Shown here: positions 18,355-28,300 of the stretch, one piece after another
Position numbering within the stretch: position 1 is the first letter of the stretch
Layout: each line of letters opens with the position of its first letter
From: a virus
Taxonomy: Duplodnaviria; Caudoviricetes
IMG/VR virus record: IMGVR_UViG_3300006133_000005
Span: 13,740 to 77,739 of that record
Direction: 5' to 3' (one strand)
DNA: 64,000 nucleotides
Program-made: the position numbers and the translations under genes
The notes under the pieces: model-generated
Databases searched by the model: none
What the model was told of the DNA's origin: nothing
Seen by the model: the letters and a program-made list of their open reading frames with translations, nothing else

Positions 18355-18898
18355 CTCTCCAGTCTCCAATCTTTGTTTTATTACTCTTAGTCTTTTTCCA
18401 CTCTCTCTTGTCGGTATAGCTGTTTGACTTACTCTTTTTATCAATGTAACTGTCATTCGCCCAATCAATGCTATCTTGATAAATGGTATTTACCCAGTTA
18501 CTTGCAAGGACTGTTGGCTGTGTCCTGCTTATGTCAAGATATGTCTGGTCACCAGAAAAAATAAACTCTATCATAAGAAGTATTTCTGATATAGAGAAAC
18601 TTTCCTTTAATCTCTTAAAGATACCCATATCACGCTTCATGTTAGCTATAACATACTTAGCTCCTGCTTCTCTGGACTTCTCTCTAAAGAAGTAGACTAA
18701 ATCATGTGTTGTAAACCTGTTGAAGCTTTGCTCCAAATCATTATACTTTGAAAGAAAATTTTCGTAGCTTGTATGCTGTGTACCACTTGTTTTCTTACGT
18801 TCTGGAACTCCTTTAAGGTCTGTATTGATGCTTTCTGTGGATTGACCTCTTGCTTTTCTAAAGCAGTCTGAAAGGTCTGTATTGAACTTTATACCCAT
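18347..18898 (-). CDS. Hypothetical protein, possible replication initiator partner of the loader
   Basis: Coupled to the DnaC-like ATPase and first gene after a promoter; the function is inferred from synteny. Confidence 0.45.
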   Translation of the reverse strand: MGIKFNTDLSDCFRKARGQSTESINTDLKGVPERKKTSGTQHTSYENFLSKYNDLEQSFNRFTTHDLVYFFREKSREAGAKYVIANMKRDMGIFKRLKESFSISEILLMIEFIFSGDQTYLDISRTQPTVLASNWVNTIYQDSIDWANDSYIDKKSKSNSYTDKREWKKTKSNKTKIGDWRDE

Positions 18899-18942
18899 TT
18901 AACTTTGCACCTCTATTAACTTAGAAATATTATAATATACTC

Positions 18943-19002
18943 ATTATACTACAAATTGCAATTATCGTCAAAATTAAAGGAGCAACCTTAAAGAGTTGCT
19001 CC
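18943..19002 (-). promoter_or_regulatory. Terminator hairpin followed by a sigma-A promoter
   Basis: GGAGCAAC/GTTGCTCC hairpin; TTGACG(18971-18966)-17-TATAAT(18948-18943). Confidence 0.7.
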
Positions 19003-19010
19003 TGATATGT

Positions 19011-19337
19011 TTATTCGCCTACTGTATTGCATATTGCATTTTCAAGAGCCTTGTCAATAAATGCTTCGATTCGTATAAGTGCCTGTTCTTTTGTCTCATT
19101 AGGCTGTACAGTGTCACTAAGCCATACATCAACTCTTAAACTTTCATAATTGTCCATGTTCTTTGTGACACCTTTACTCATACCGACAATTGGCTGAGAC
19201 TTAGGGTCATGTTTAACAGCGTGGTCTAAAGGATTTCCACCTTTAAGTGTTTCAACTTCTCCGCTGGACTTCTTCTGAATAGTGGTATTCTCTTCTGCTT
19301 TCTCTGCAAGTCCTTTTTTTCTCTTTAATACTGCCAT
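19011..19337 (-). CDS. Hypothetical protein
   Basis: ORF with RBS; GVTKNMDNYESLRVDV segment. Confidence 0.6.
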   Translation of the reverse strand: MAVLKRKKGLAEKAEENTTIQKKSSGEVETLKGGNPLDHAVKHDPKSQPIVGMSKGVTKNMDNYESLRVDVWLSDTVQPNETKEQALIRIEAFIDKALENAICNTVGE

Positions 19338-19339
19338 AA

Positions 19340-19810
19340 TTACACCTCAGCATTTACTTTAGGCAATACAATACCCTCAATTACTGCCCTTGTTTCAAGA
19401 CAAGTAATATAATCTCTCATAGCTCTTATCTGGAAGTTATAAGTTCCTTTAGGACAAGCTGGGATAAAGTCAAGCTCATCATTTTCCAACTTGTTCAGCA
19501 TAGACTCAAGTTTTGTAAACCTTACTACAGTCTGGGTATACTCTGCTATAAAGCGTTCTTTATAGTCCGCACTCACCATAAAGAGAGCAGTATCAGATAG
19601 AGGATTTACTCCTATCTCATGGTATGCTTCTTCAAACTGCTTTTTGGGTGACCATGAAACATAACCGTCAGAGTACTCAATAACATAACCCTCATCAGCA
19701 GGATTTTCATTCTCAGGAATTATCCAACCTCTGTAGTCATTGTAAGCACCTCTGGTCATAGGTTTTGCTTCAATTTTCTTAATACCAATATAGCTCTTCA
19801 TGATTATCAC
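19340..19810 (-). CDS. Two-domain phage protein (YIG-x-K...SWSPK N-domain plus crAss001_48-like C-domain)
   Basis: YIGIKKIEAKPMTRGAYNDYRGW...EGY...YVSWSPK..FEEAY, then DYKERFIAEY...CP...Q..AM..Y...LE.RA. Family name recalled from memory. Confidence 0.6.
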   Translation of the reverse strand: MIIMKSYIGIKKIEAKPMTRGAYNDYRGWIIPENENPADEGYVIEYSDGYVSWSPKKQFEEAYHEIGVNPLSDTALFMVSADYKERFIAEYTQTVVRFTKLESMLNKLENDELDFIPACPKGTYNFQIRAMRDYITCLETRAVIEGIVLPKVNAEV

Positions 19811-19811
19811 C

Positions 19812-20135
19812 TCACTTCTTTAATTCAAGATGCATGAGAATATCGGAAGACTTGATAACAAACTGCGCCTCATATTCACTATTAGCAAGAGTAGCAACGA
19901 CTTTGTTTCCCTTGTCGCTATACCCGATAAGCTCGAAATGTTTACCCTTGAGATTAAATTCGTCCTGCAAGAGTTCAATAACGCTGTTCATTTTCTTAGA
20001 TGATACCTTAGTAACATCTTCAATGTACTGCTCTCCGTCTGCATCAAGCACTTCTTTCTCATCCTCATTCATATAAGGGGACTGCTCTTTGTTAGTATCA
20101 GTCGCATCAGCGGATATTTTTTTGAGTGTTGTCAT
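19812..20135 (-). CDS. Hypothetical protein
   Basis: ORF with GGAGG RBS. Confidence 0.55.
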   Translation of the reverse strand: MTTLKKISADATDTNKEQSPYMNEDEKEVLDADGEQYIEDVTKVSSKKMNSVIELLQDEFNLKGKHFELIGYSDKGNKVVATLANSEYEAQFVIKSSDILMHLELKK

Positions 20136-20137
20136 TT

Positions 20138-20455
20138 TTACTTACCTCCAAAATATTTTTTATGCAATTCTTCAAAAGCTTTATGACAGTCCTCACTAAA
20201 ATTAGTAAGCGCCAAGCTTTTTCCACGCATAATTTTATTAACTTCTGCACTATGAACAATAGCTTGTATCTGTTCCTCTGTGTACAGACGTTTACCATAT
20301 TTGTCTCTGAACCATGTTTCGGGTATAATACCTTTGCTCTCCCACATACGAACAGCAACAGTAGTTCTATTTAGTCTCTTTGCAAGAACACCTATGTGGT
20401 AAACTTTAACTTTCTTTCCACCTATAGTGGTAACTTTGTGTTCACTTGCAGGCAC
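20138..20455 (-). CDS. MerR-type helix-turn-helix DNA-binding protein
   Basis: YHIGVLAKRLNRTTVAVRMWESKGII...GKRLYT. Confidence 0.8.
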   Translation of the reverse strand: MPASEHKVTTIGGKKVKVYHIGVLAKRLNRTTVAVRMWESKGIIPETWFRDKYGKRLYTEEQIQAIVHSAEVNKIMRGKSLALTNFSEDCHKAFEELHKKYFGGK

Positions 20456-20461
20456 TATAAA

Positions 20462-20839
20462 TCACACCTTTTTAGCTTTTTCATCACGCTCAACAACTTC
20501 AAGATAAACGAGAGTCATAGTAGCGTAGTTTGCAATATCAACAAGAGTGTCCTTAATAGACTCATCAAGTGGGTCAATATCAGGATTCTTTACCATAAAC
20601 TTAAGTCTACTAAGTTTATCTCCGAGACGCATTATTACAGAAGATAAATCTCCGTCTTCTTCACACTGCTTAAAAAAAGCGGCATCATACCTCTTATTTT
20701 TCTGCTCAAAGAGTTCAGCACCTTTCTTCTGCTCTTCTTTGAATAGATAATTAATAAATCCGAGTTCAACAAGAGTAAGCTCTTTATCAAAGTTCTTGAA
20801 AGATTCTCTTGTATGTTCTCCATTATATACGTTTCCCAA
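20462..20839 (-). CDS. DUF1599 / nucleotide-modification-associated domain protein
   Basis: KNKRY...RLGDKLSRL...ESIKDTLVDIANYA pattern. Confidence 0.7.
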   Translation of the reverse strand: MGNVYNGEHTRESFKNFDKELTLVELGFINYLFKEEQKKGAELFEQKNKRYDAAFFKQCEEDGDLSSVIMRLGDKLSRLKFMVKNPDIDPLDESIKDTLVDIANYATMTLVYLEVVERDEKAKKV

Positions 20840-20850
20840 TATGTGTTACC

Positions 20851-21345
20851 TCACTTTCTCTTTAACACAGGCTTTTTCTTACTTGCCGCAATCACAGTCT
20901 GCTGTACTTCAACAACCTCTTCTTTCGGCTTGACTACCACTGCATATGAGGACTTTGTAGTTGTTATTTTTTCAAGCTCTTCAATAGTAATATCACCGTC
21001 ACTGAAACGTCTATTAACAGCAGATTCGTCAATCTTAGGTACAAGCTTTATACACTCATCAAATCCTTTTGACTGAAAAAACTTTGAAGCCTTATCCTCA
21101 TCAAAGCTGACGGACTTCTTACACTGTGCTCCAAATGTGAATTTAGGATTTTCAGAATAGAAAGAACCATTACCATCTTTAACACCATTAGCAAGAGCAT
21201 AAGACTTAATAGCATCAGCAAGAACTTTCTTTCTATCAGCTATCTGTTTCTCCTGTTTTCTGAGTGCTTCGTACTCTGCAACCATTTCATTCACAAGACC
21301 CTCACTTGGCGCAATTGCAGAGTGTTCATTCTTTTTTTTTGTCAC
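20851..21345 (-). CDS. Hypothetical coiled-coil protein (loosely Gam-like)
   Basis: N-terminal coiled coil, beta hairpin, then ...KIDESAV. Confidence 0.4.
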   Translation of the reverse strand: MTKKKNEHSAIAPSEGLVNEMVAEYEALRKQEKQIADRKKVLADAIKSYALANGVKDGNGSFYSENPKFTFGAQCKKSVSFDEDKASKFFQSKGFDECIKLVPKIDESAVNRRFSDGDITIEELEKITTTKSSYAVVVKPKEEVVEVQQTVIAASKKKPVLKRK

Positions 21346-21396
21346 TTTTAATTACCTCCATTTTTGAAAATTGTACTATACTTTTACAGCAATAAC

Positions 21397-21425
21397 AGTA
21401 TATCATGTATAGAAAATGTTGTCAA
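21397..21425 (-). promoter_or_regulatory. Sigma-A promoter
   Basis: TTGACA-17-TATACT. Confidence 0.8.
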
Positions 21426-21429
21426 ATGG

Positions 21430-22989
21430 TTACTTTTTAAACCCTTTTGAAAAGAGTTTCCCCTTAAGTGTTTTACCTCCGTCAAGTTTCAACAATAAAT
21501 AGCGTTTATCTCTTGTTTCACCATGTCTTAAAAGCTGAAAACACTGTGAATACCTATAGTCATAAAGTTTAGCTTTTGATAACTTACAACTGGGTTTGAT
21601 TCTTCTTATTCTGCCTACAGCTTGCTCAACATTTTTACCATTATTTATAGAAGAAACAAGAAAACCTACTTCCCACTGTTTAACATTAGTACCCTCAGTA
21701 GCTTTTGAATAAGTGGCAAGAGTAATGTATTGTCTTTTAGTCTCCGCAGTCTCTTTAACAAGGTCACATTCTTTATTATTACCATAATAAAGACCTATAT
21801 CATCAGGACTCACACCTAAATCAAGGAGTTTACTATAATACAACTCTATATGTTCCTTTTGTGTAAAAAAAGCAATACAGCTATGACCATGTCCATGTTC
21901 AGACACAATATCTTTGCACACCATATTCAATGTAATATCATCACCCACAACAACCTTATCTAAGTCCATGTGTGAAATACTGGGTCTTGAATCAAAGGGT
22001 ATATCAGTTATTCTTCTTTCTTTAGGACTTAAAGCATAGGAACACTGATAATTTCCCGCATAATTTAAATTTTTAAGAACGTACTTATTTGCCCTTTGGG
22101 TCACTATGGGATTAAAATAAACGGGTACTTCTCTCCTAATCACATCAACAGGAAGTATATCTTCATCATCTTTTCTGTGACCGTACTCAAAACAGAAATC
22201 ACCATAGTATAAATTCATGACATGAGCAAGTCCATCACTTCTTTCGGGTGTTGCAGTAAGTCCTAAACGGTATCTACTCATAAAGTTGTCCGCAAGAGAG
22301 AATGAACTACTTGGACAGTGATGCATTTCGTCCTGTATAACAAGCCCAAAAGTCTGATAAAGCTGTTCTAAGGTATTTTTATCAAGATTATTTAGCGTTT
22401 GTATAGTAGCAATAGTAAAATGTCTTCCACACTTTCTTTTCTGTCCTTGGATATAACCTACATCAGCTTTGTCACCAAAAGCTTCTGTTATGTCTTTTTT
22501 CCAACCTGTAACAAGGTCTATCTTATGAACTATAATTAAAGTCCTACACTTATAGTGCTCTGCAATAGCAAGACCTAAAACTGTCTTACCTTTACCAGTG
22601 GGCATTTGTACACTACCCGAAACACCTAAGTTATAGTCATTGCATTCAATAAACTTATTAAGTGCTTCCTGCTGTGTGGTTCTTAAAGTCATTAAAAATT
22701 TAGGGAAGTCCTTTTGTACTCTTGCAAATCTGTGGTCTTCTACATTTCTGACCTCTATACTATCAGGAAGTTTGTAACCTATAGGTACTTGCATAGCAAT
22801 ACTTCCGTCTTTTTGAAAGTAATTAAAGTACTCTATATACTTTGGTTCTCTTGTACTTCCCCACTTAGAGTATTTTTTTATTTGTTCATACTTAGGATTA
22901 CTATATGTCAAGTCCTTTTCAATTAATTCACGCTCTTTAAGAGTAAGACCTAATAAATACATCTGACCTCTAATATCTATATCTATCAA
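21430..22989 (-). CDS. SF2 DExH helicase (UvsW/ResIII-like)
   Basis: MPTGKGKT, QDEMHH, GLTATPER, EGTNV, QAVGRIRR. Confidence 0.9.
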   Translation of the reverse strand: MIDIDIRGQMYLLGLTLKERELIEKDLTYSNPKYEQIKKYSKWGSTREPKYIEYFNYFQKDGSIAMQVPIGYKLPDSIEVRNVEDHRFARVQKDFPKFLMTLRTTQQEALNKFIECNDYNLGVSGSVQMPTGKGKTVLGLAIAEHYKCRTLIIVHKIDLVTGWKKDITEAFGDKADVGYIQGQKRKCGRHFTIATIQTLNNLDKNTLEQLYQTFGLVIQDEMHHCPSSSFSLADNFMSRYRLGLTATPERSDGLAHVMNLYYGDFCFEYGHRKDDEDILPVDVIRREVPVYFNPIVTQRANKYVLKNLNYAGNYQCSYALSPKERRITDIPFDSRPSISHMDLDKVVVGDDITLNMVCKDIVSEHGHGHSCIAFFTQKEHIELYYSKLLDLGVSPDDIGLYYGNNKECDLVKETAETKRQYITLATYSKATEGTNVKQWEVGFLVSSINNGKNVEQAVGRIRRIKPSCKLSKAKLYDYRYSQCFQLLRHGETRDKRYLLLKLDGGKTLKGKLFSKGFKK

Positions 22990-23027
22990 TTACATTCACC
23001 GTCTTTCAGTAATTTTAAAACAACATA

Positions 23028-23091
23028 ATTATAACACAAGTTCAAGAATACGTCAAATAAATAAGCGGACAGCCTTTTATTGACTGTCCGC
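23028..23091 (-). promoter_or_regulatory. Terminator hairpin plus sigma-A promoter
   Basis: GCGGACAG/CTGTCCGC hairpin (23065-23091); TTGACG(23056-23051)-17-TATAAT(23033-23028). Confidence 0.75.
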
Positions 23092-23197
23092 ATAACGTAG
23101 ATAATAATAAATATAATTATATACCTAATTTAATTACATAGATAATTATTATAATATATATAAATAATATTATTATAATATTATCCCTACGGGATAA
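23091..23197. repeat. AT-rich element, copy 1 (related to 59452-59645)
   Basis: Shares CATAACGTAG(A/C)TAAT, AATTACATAG(A/C)TAATT and TACCTAATTTA with the 59.45 kb region; ends in a TTATCCC-TAC-GGGATAA hairpin. Confidence 0.6.
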
Positions 23198-23220
23198 TGC
23201 CATTCGCTTCGCTCATACAT

Positions 23221-23535
23221 TCACTTTCGCATAAAACGGTCTTTTAATTCTTTAAACTCACTCCAACCGTATGTTGCTATAAAGGCTACAATAAAGCCTA
23301 TAGCAATACTTCCGAGTACTATGTACAACTTTATTTCTACCGATTTGTAAGACAGATAACACAGTATAGCTGTAACTGTTACAGCAACCGAAAGAATAAG
23401 AACGTAGAGTTTAGTCGGTACAGTCTTCGGAACAAACTCCTTAGTAAGCTGTGTTACAATTGCAATAAAAAATGCAAGAACACCTACGATTGATACAAGA
23501 GTGACTCCACCACTCAACATTGTTTCTAAGTTCAT
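23221..23535 (-). CDS. Holin
   Basis: 104 aa, three predicted TM helices, charged C-terminus, adjacent to the endolysin. Confidence 0.8.
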   Translation of the reverse strand: MNLETMLSGGVTLVSIVGVLAFFIAIVTQLTKEFVPKTVPTKLYVLILSVAVTVTAILCYLSYKSVEIKLYIVLGSIAIGFIVAFIATYGWSEFKELKDRFMRK

Positions 23536-23688
23536 AAATAAACCTCCTTGTCTTATTTATCATTAAATTAGGTTTGAAAGTGACTTTTAAAATGAGCTGT
23601 AATGTCTTTATTAGCTATTTTAAGGGACTTCCAAACACTAACTAATGAAAATTACTCTTATTAATTAAACACCGTCTCAAAAGGTCAT

Positions 23689-24945
23689 TTAAAGCTTTTC
23701 TATTTTCATAAAAGGCTTTCCGTCTTTAAGGACTGTATACACGTCCTTTTCTTCTGTTTCGGGAGGGGTTACGGGTTTGTTGTCGGACTCCCCTTGTTTC
23801 TTAATTCCATAGTATGTATAGAAGTCATTGGTAACTGTGTTGTTATTTACAACTTCATTACCATACCACTTAGAACCACTGCGAACATCAAGGTGAATTG
23901 CTTGATAGTCTGATGTGATATTAGCAATACCTGAGAAACCTAAATCCTGAGCAACACAAGAGACTATCTTAGAGCTGATAATGCTCCCGTCTTTTGCATA
24001 ACATACAACATCAGCGGCAGTACCTTTAGTGTGCTGACCAGAACCATTTCCACCAACATTTTTATCATGTGTAGAACAACGATAACCACTGTTTACAATG
24101 ATTTTTGAGCAGTCAAGCTTTTTAAACAGTTTTTCAAGCATTTCAATAAGTTTTTTACTGATAAGAGTATTGTGAGAACCACCACACTTACACTTAAATT
24201 CAGAAACATTAAAATGCTCAGTAAGCTGTGTTTTATCCTTGCTACTGTAGGTCACAACGTCCGTGTTTTCAACTGGCTTAGTTGGTGTATTAGTGACAAA
24301 GTTAAGTCCTGATTTCTTAACAAGTGAGGGATAGTCAATATAACAGTAGTCTACATCACACTGACCACTAACACCTTTAATAGACTTAACATTCTTAGTG
24401 TCCCAGTTAGGGTGTCCTGCAATCCCATACTGCCAAATACCATACTGACCTGTGTATGTACATTTGGAGCTATACTGTGCAACCCATATTGCATATCTGT
24501 CACGAACCTCATTAGAAACGTAATCGAGAAGATAACTGGTACTCATGTAAAGACCTACCCAATATCCTGCTTTTTCTACTGTCTCTAAAAAGGCTTTTAC
24601 AATAGCAGTGACTTTTGTCTTTCCAAGGTTAAACTGTTTTGTTTCTTCAACGTCATAATAAACAGGAAACTCAAATGACTTACCCTTAACTGTCGAAAGA
24701 AACGTGTTAGCTTCAATGACCGCTTCTTCTGGTGACATAGCATAACTGTACCAATAAGCACCGCATGGAATGGTATTTGACTTACAACCTGAGTAGTTGC
24801 TTTCAAACTGCACGTCTTTTTGTGACAGCTCACGTCCATAACCTGCACGAATAAGAGCGAACTGTACACCACTGTTTTTAACTTGTGACCAGTCTACTCT
24901 ACCCTGTGCATAACTTACGTCAATTCCTTTCATTAAAGTACTCAT
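23689..24945 (-). CDS. Endolysin with two catalytic domains: GH25 muramidase and peptidase M15
   Basis: GIDVSYAQG, IRAGYG, YYDVEE, WQY (GH25); HFNVSEFKCKC, SGYRC, HTKGTAAD, IHLDVR (M15). Confidence 0.9.
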   Translation of the reverse strand: MSTLMKGIDVSYAQGRVDWSQVKNSGVQFALIRAGYGRELSQKDVQFESNYSGCKSNTIPCGAYWYSYAMSPEEAVIEANTFLSTVKGKSFEFPVYYDVEETKQFNLGKTKVTAIVKAFLETVEKAGYWVGLYMSTSYLLDYVSNEVRDRYAIWVAQYSSKCTYTGQYGIWQYGIAGHPNWDTKNVKSIKGVSGQCDVDYCYIDYPSLVKKSGLNFVTNTPTKPVENTDVVTYSSKDKTQLTEHFNVSEFKCKCGGSHNTLISKKLIEMLEKLFKKLDCSKIIVNSGYRCSTHDKNVGGNGSGQHTKGTAADVVCYAKDGSIISSKIVSCVAQDLGFSGIANITSDYQAIHLDVRSGSKWYGNEVVNNNTVTNDFYTYYGIKKQGESDNKPVTPPETEEKDVYTVLKDGKPFMKIEKL

Positions 24946-25023
24946 AGTAATTTACCTCCTTGAGTCTTTTATTGTTTATGTACTTCACTACCTGACTGTG
25001 CAGGGAGTGTTAGTATCATAAAT

Positions 25024-25338
25024 TTAAATTATTTTCAACCCTTTACAGCGTTCAAACAGTTCTGTTCCAGTACCGTTACCACCTAAAGAGTGATAGCTAT
25101 TGTAGAGTACCTCTAAGTTATTAAGCTCAGAGATAGTTATTTCACCTTTCTTTATGTACTGCTCACAATTTTTAAACAGGATGTCATGCAAAATTGCGAC
25201 CATACCATTTTTAATACTTTTCTGTTCCTGAGACTCTTTTTTAAAGTCTATATACACTTTCTTTAAGATGAAAACTGCTCCACTTGAAATAGCTGTAAGA
25301 ATAAACTCTAACCAGTACTGACTAATAAAGCTTAACAT
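25024..25338 (-). CDS. Putative second holin / lysis-associated membrane protein
   Basis: N-terminal TM helix and the Y..YHSLGGNG motif common in Firmicutes phage lysis cassettes. Confidence 0.6.
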   Translation of the reverse strand: MLSFISQYWLEFILTAISSGAVFILKKVYIDFKKESQEQKSIKNGMVAILHDILFKNCEQYIKKGEITISELNNLEVLYNSYHSLGGNGTGTELFERCKGLKII

Positions 25339-25385
25339 TCGGTTTAACCTCCTCTCATTTAGTAATTACAGTTAGTCTTATAAGC

Positions 25386-28300
25386 TTAATTAAATGTAAC
25401 TGCTCTGTTTATCCAAACAAGAATATGAGTATCATCAATACGTTTCATAACTCTAAATCCAGTTTCAGAAGCAGTAGCAATACCACCACTCTTGGGTCTG
25501 CAATAGCTATTAGGCTGACAAGTACCATCATCTACAACTACAAGTCTTCCACAGCACGATACATAAGACCACTCAGGTCTTTGACTTCTTGGAATGTACT
25601 CCTCATTAGGGTCATAGTCGGGATTAATAACAGGTGCTTTTACTGTATGTTCTGGCTCTATAATAACCTCTACTTCTCTACCGTCTTCATTGATAGTCTT
25701 TTCTGTAACAGCAGGAATTACTTTATCCTCATACAAGATTTCTCCAAACACATCTGTAAGATATTTCTTATTCCATGCATCTTCGTAAGCATTACCTACA
25801 AATGAAGGACGGGCAGAAACAATTCCGTGTACATACGGTGTATTCCCATCAGCAAGAGTAATTTTATCACCAACAAGAGTTACAAAAAGACCTCTTCTGT
25901 CTTCATTATTAGTGTTTGCATCCTCCCACTCAAACCATTCTGCTATGTCAGCACCAGTGGTGTTAATTGTATTATTAGTGTAAATTTGACCTGAGTTATT
26001 GATGCTTAAAGCATTTGCTCTTTCAGAGGTAGCTTCACTTGTTCCACAACCTATTACAAAAAATCTGTCATTAAGATTAGCATTATTGATAAGATTGTAT
26101 TTACCTAAGAATGTACTTCCGTCCGAAGCAAATGTAACAGGGTTATCCTGACTATAAGTAGGGAACGAACCAGAGTAATGGGAATGGTCGATTAGTCCCT
26201 TTCCTATAAGAGTATTGTTAGTTCCTAAAGAACTATTGTTACTTCCTAACAGTATATTATTTGTTTGGTTTTTTATAGTATCTTGTGGGTCAGAGGGACT
26301 TCCAAAATAATAGCCACAACCATTAGCAAACCCTACAAGAAAATTACTTGCACCTGCAACAAGATTGTTTCTGCCAAATACCTGACTTTTAGCACTTCTA
26401 ATGTAATTGTCATTGCCTACTACAGTATTACCCGTAAAAGTCACGCCTGTATTATCGACAGGAACATTAGTAGCACCACCAAGTCCGTAGTTAGCTCCTA
26501 CTTGATTATTTGTACCTACAATTAAACTTCCCTCTGCTTGTTTAACAGAGGTAGATTTTCCTGATACTATACAGCTATCTATATCTTGAACAGTAGTACC
26601 CTGTGTACCTAAAACTAAACTGTTTTTAGTTGAGTTTGCGTGAACATTATTTCCTGATACTATGTTATTTGAACTCAAAGAAGTAATACTGACCTGGGTA
26701 CCATTCACTGTATTGTTATCAGAATTGAGTATGCTACAGTTAGTTCCGCTTGCAATACAGTTATCTGAATCATTAACTGTATTAGTAGTTCCAAAAACAC
26801 CGCTATACTGTGAGTATCTAACAGCATTACTATCTCCGGATGTAAAGCAAGCAACAGTGTTACTAACTGTGTTGTTTTCACCAGATACTAAACTGGTTAT
26901 ATCTGTATCAGCAACATTGTCAGCACCGCATATGAAAGTTCCTGCTGAATTTGAATCTGCTATATTATTATTATTAAATACTGCTGTTGCTTGTCCGTGT
27001 GCTTTCGATAGGTTTCCTGCGGCAAAAGCATAGTCAGCAAGAGCTTCACTTGCTTGACCTATGGCACATGACTGATTACCACTTGCACGAGTATGTGCAC
27101 CCATAGATACAGCATTTGTTCCAGAAGCTTCCGTAGCATCACCCATTGCAACAGCATTTTCAGCGTTTGCGACATTGGCAGAGAGATTACCAAATATGAG
27201 AGAGTTGGTCCCAGTACCATTTGCAATACCATCTAACTTTAATCCACCATTAATTTCTATATCAGAGCCATCTTCATTCTTAAAACCACTTGCATATAAA
27301 TTTTTTACATGGAGATTACCCTGCCAGTCAAGTGTTAAAATGTTCTTACGGTTTTCGTCATTATAACCTCCGCCTACAACAACAGCATATTTATTTTCAG
27401 TGTCTTCAGTATTCCACTTACCAAGCGTAACACTTAAGTTGCTTGAAGAAATAAGGTTCTGCCCTGATGTAAGTGAGATATTACCTTTAACTGTATTGTC
27501 ATGACCAAACACTACCTGAGAATGTTGATGATTTTCAATACTGTTGTGCTTACCCATTACAAGAACTGAATTAGTAACTGCTCCAGCAGGGGTGTTAAGA
27601 CCGTCAACACTATTGTGCTGACCACCAATAAATGAATCATGTATATTACTGATAGTATTATCAAAACCAGTAACAACAGAAGAATAGATGCCTGTTATCT
27701 CGTTAGCTTCACCAGAAATAACATTGTTACAAGAACGCAACCACTCTCCTGGAATGTTATTAGGTCGGTAGTCTTTAACATTATTTGTTCTACCTGTAAC
27801 AACTGAGTTTTCAGTGTGAGAAATTGTGTTAGTGTGACCTGTAACAAAGCTACGTCCAATACCATAAGTCTTAGATTTACTTCCCTCAAACATTGGTCTT
27901 TCAATTATATTACTTGTTCCTGAGATAATTGATTCGTCTGCCTGTTGTACATCATTGCTACTACCTGATATAATACTACTATGGGTATCACAAGCAACAT
28001 TGCTCTCACCCATTACTGCATTGCTATAGGATTCAAGGTACTCGTCCTTTGTAAGAGTATTTGATTTTCCTATAACTAAACTTCTTGTTACACTCTTATT
28101 GGTTGTGTTGGAATAACCGCTAATAATAGATTCATTAGTGTAGTCAACATTATTCTTCTTTCCAAAAATAGAAGTTCCGTCTGAATGGTGAACAGAATTT
28201 TCACTACCCGAAACAAAAGTAAAGTCACAACCCATAGTTACGTTATTACTGTAACCAATAACACAAATGTGCGAATTTGTGTTTATTTCATTGGATTCTC

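Noticed and set aside
20138-20455. Excisionase implying a prophage
   Set aside because: No integrase, repressor pair or host genes in the window; a MerR-type regulator is the simpler reading.
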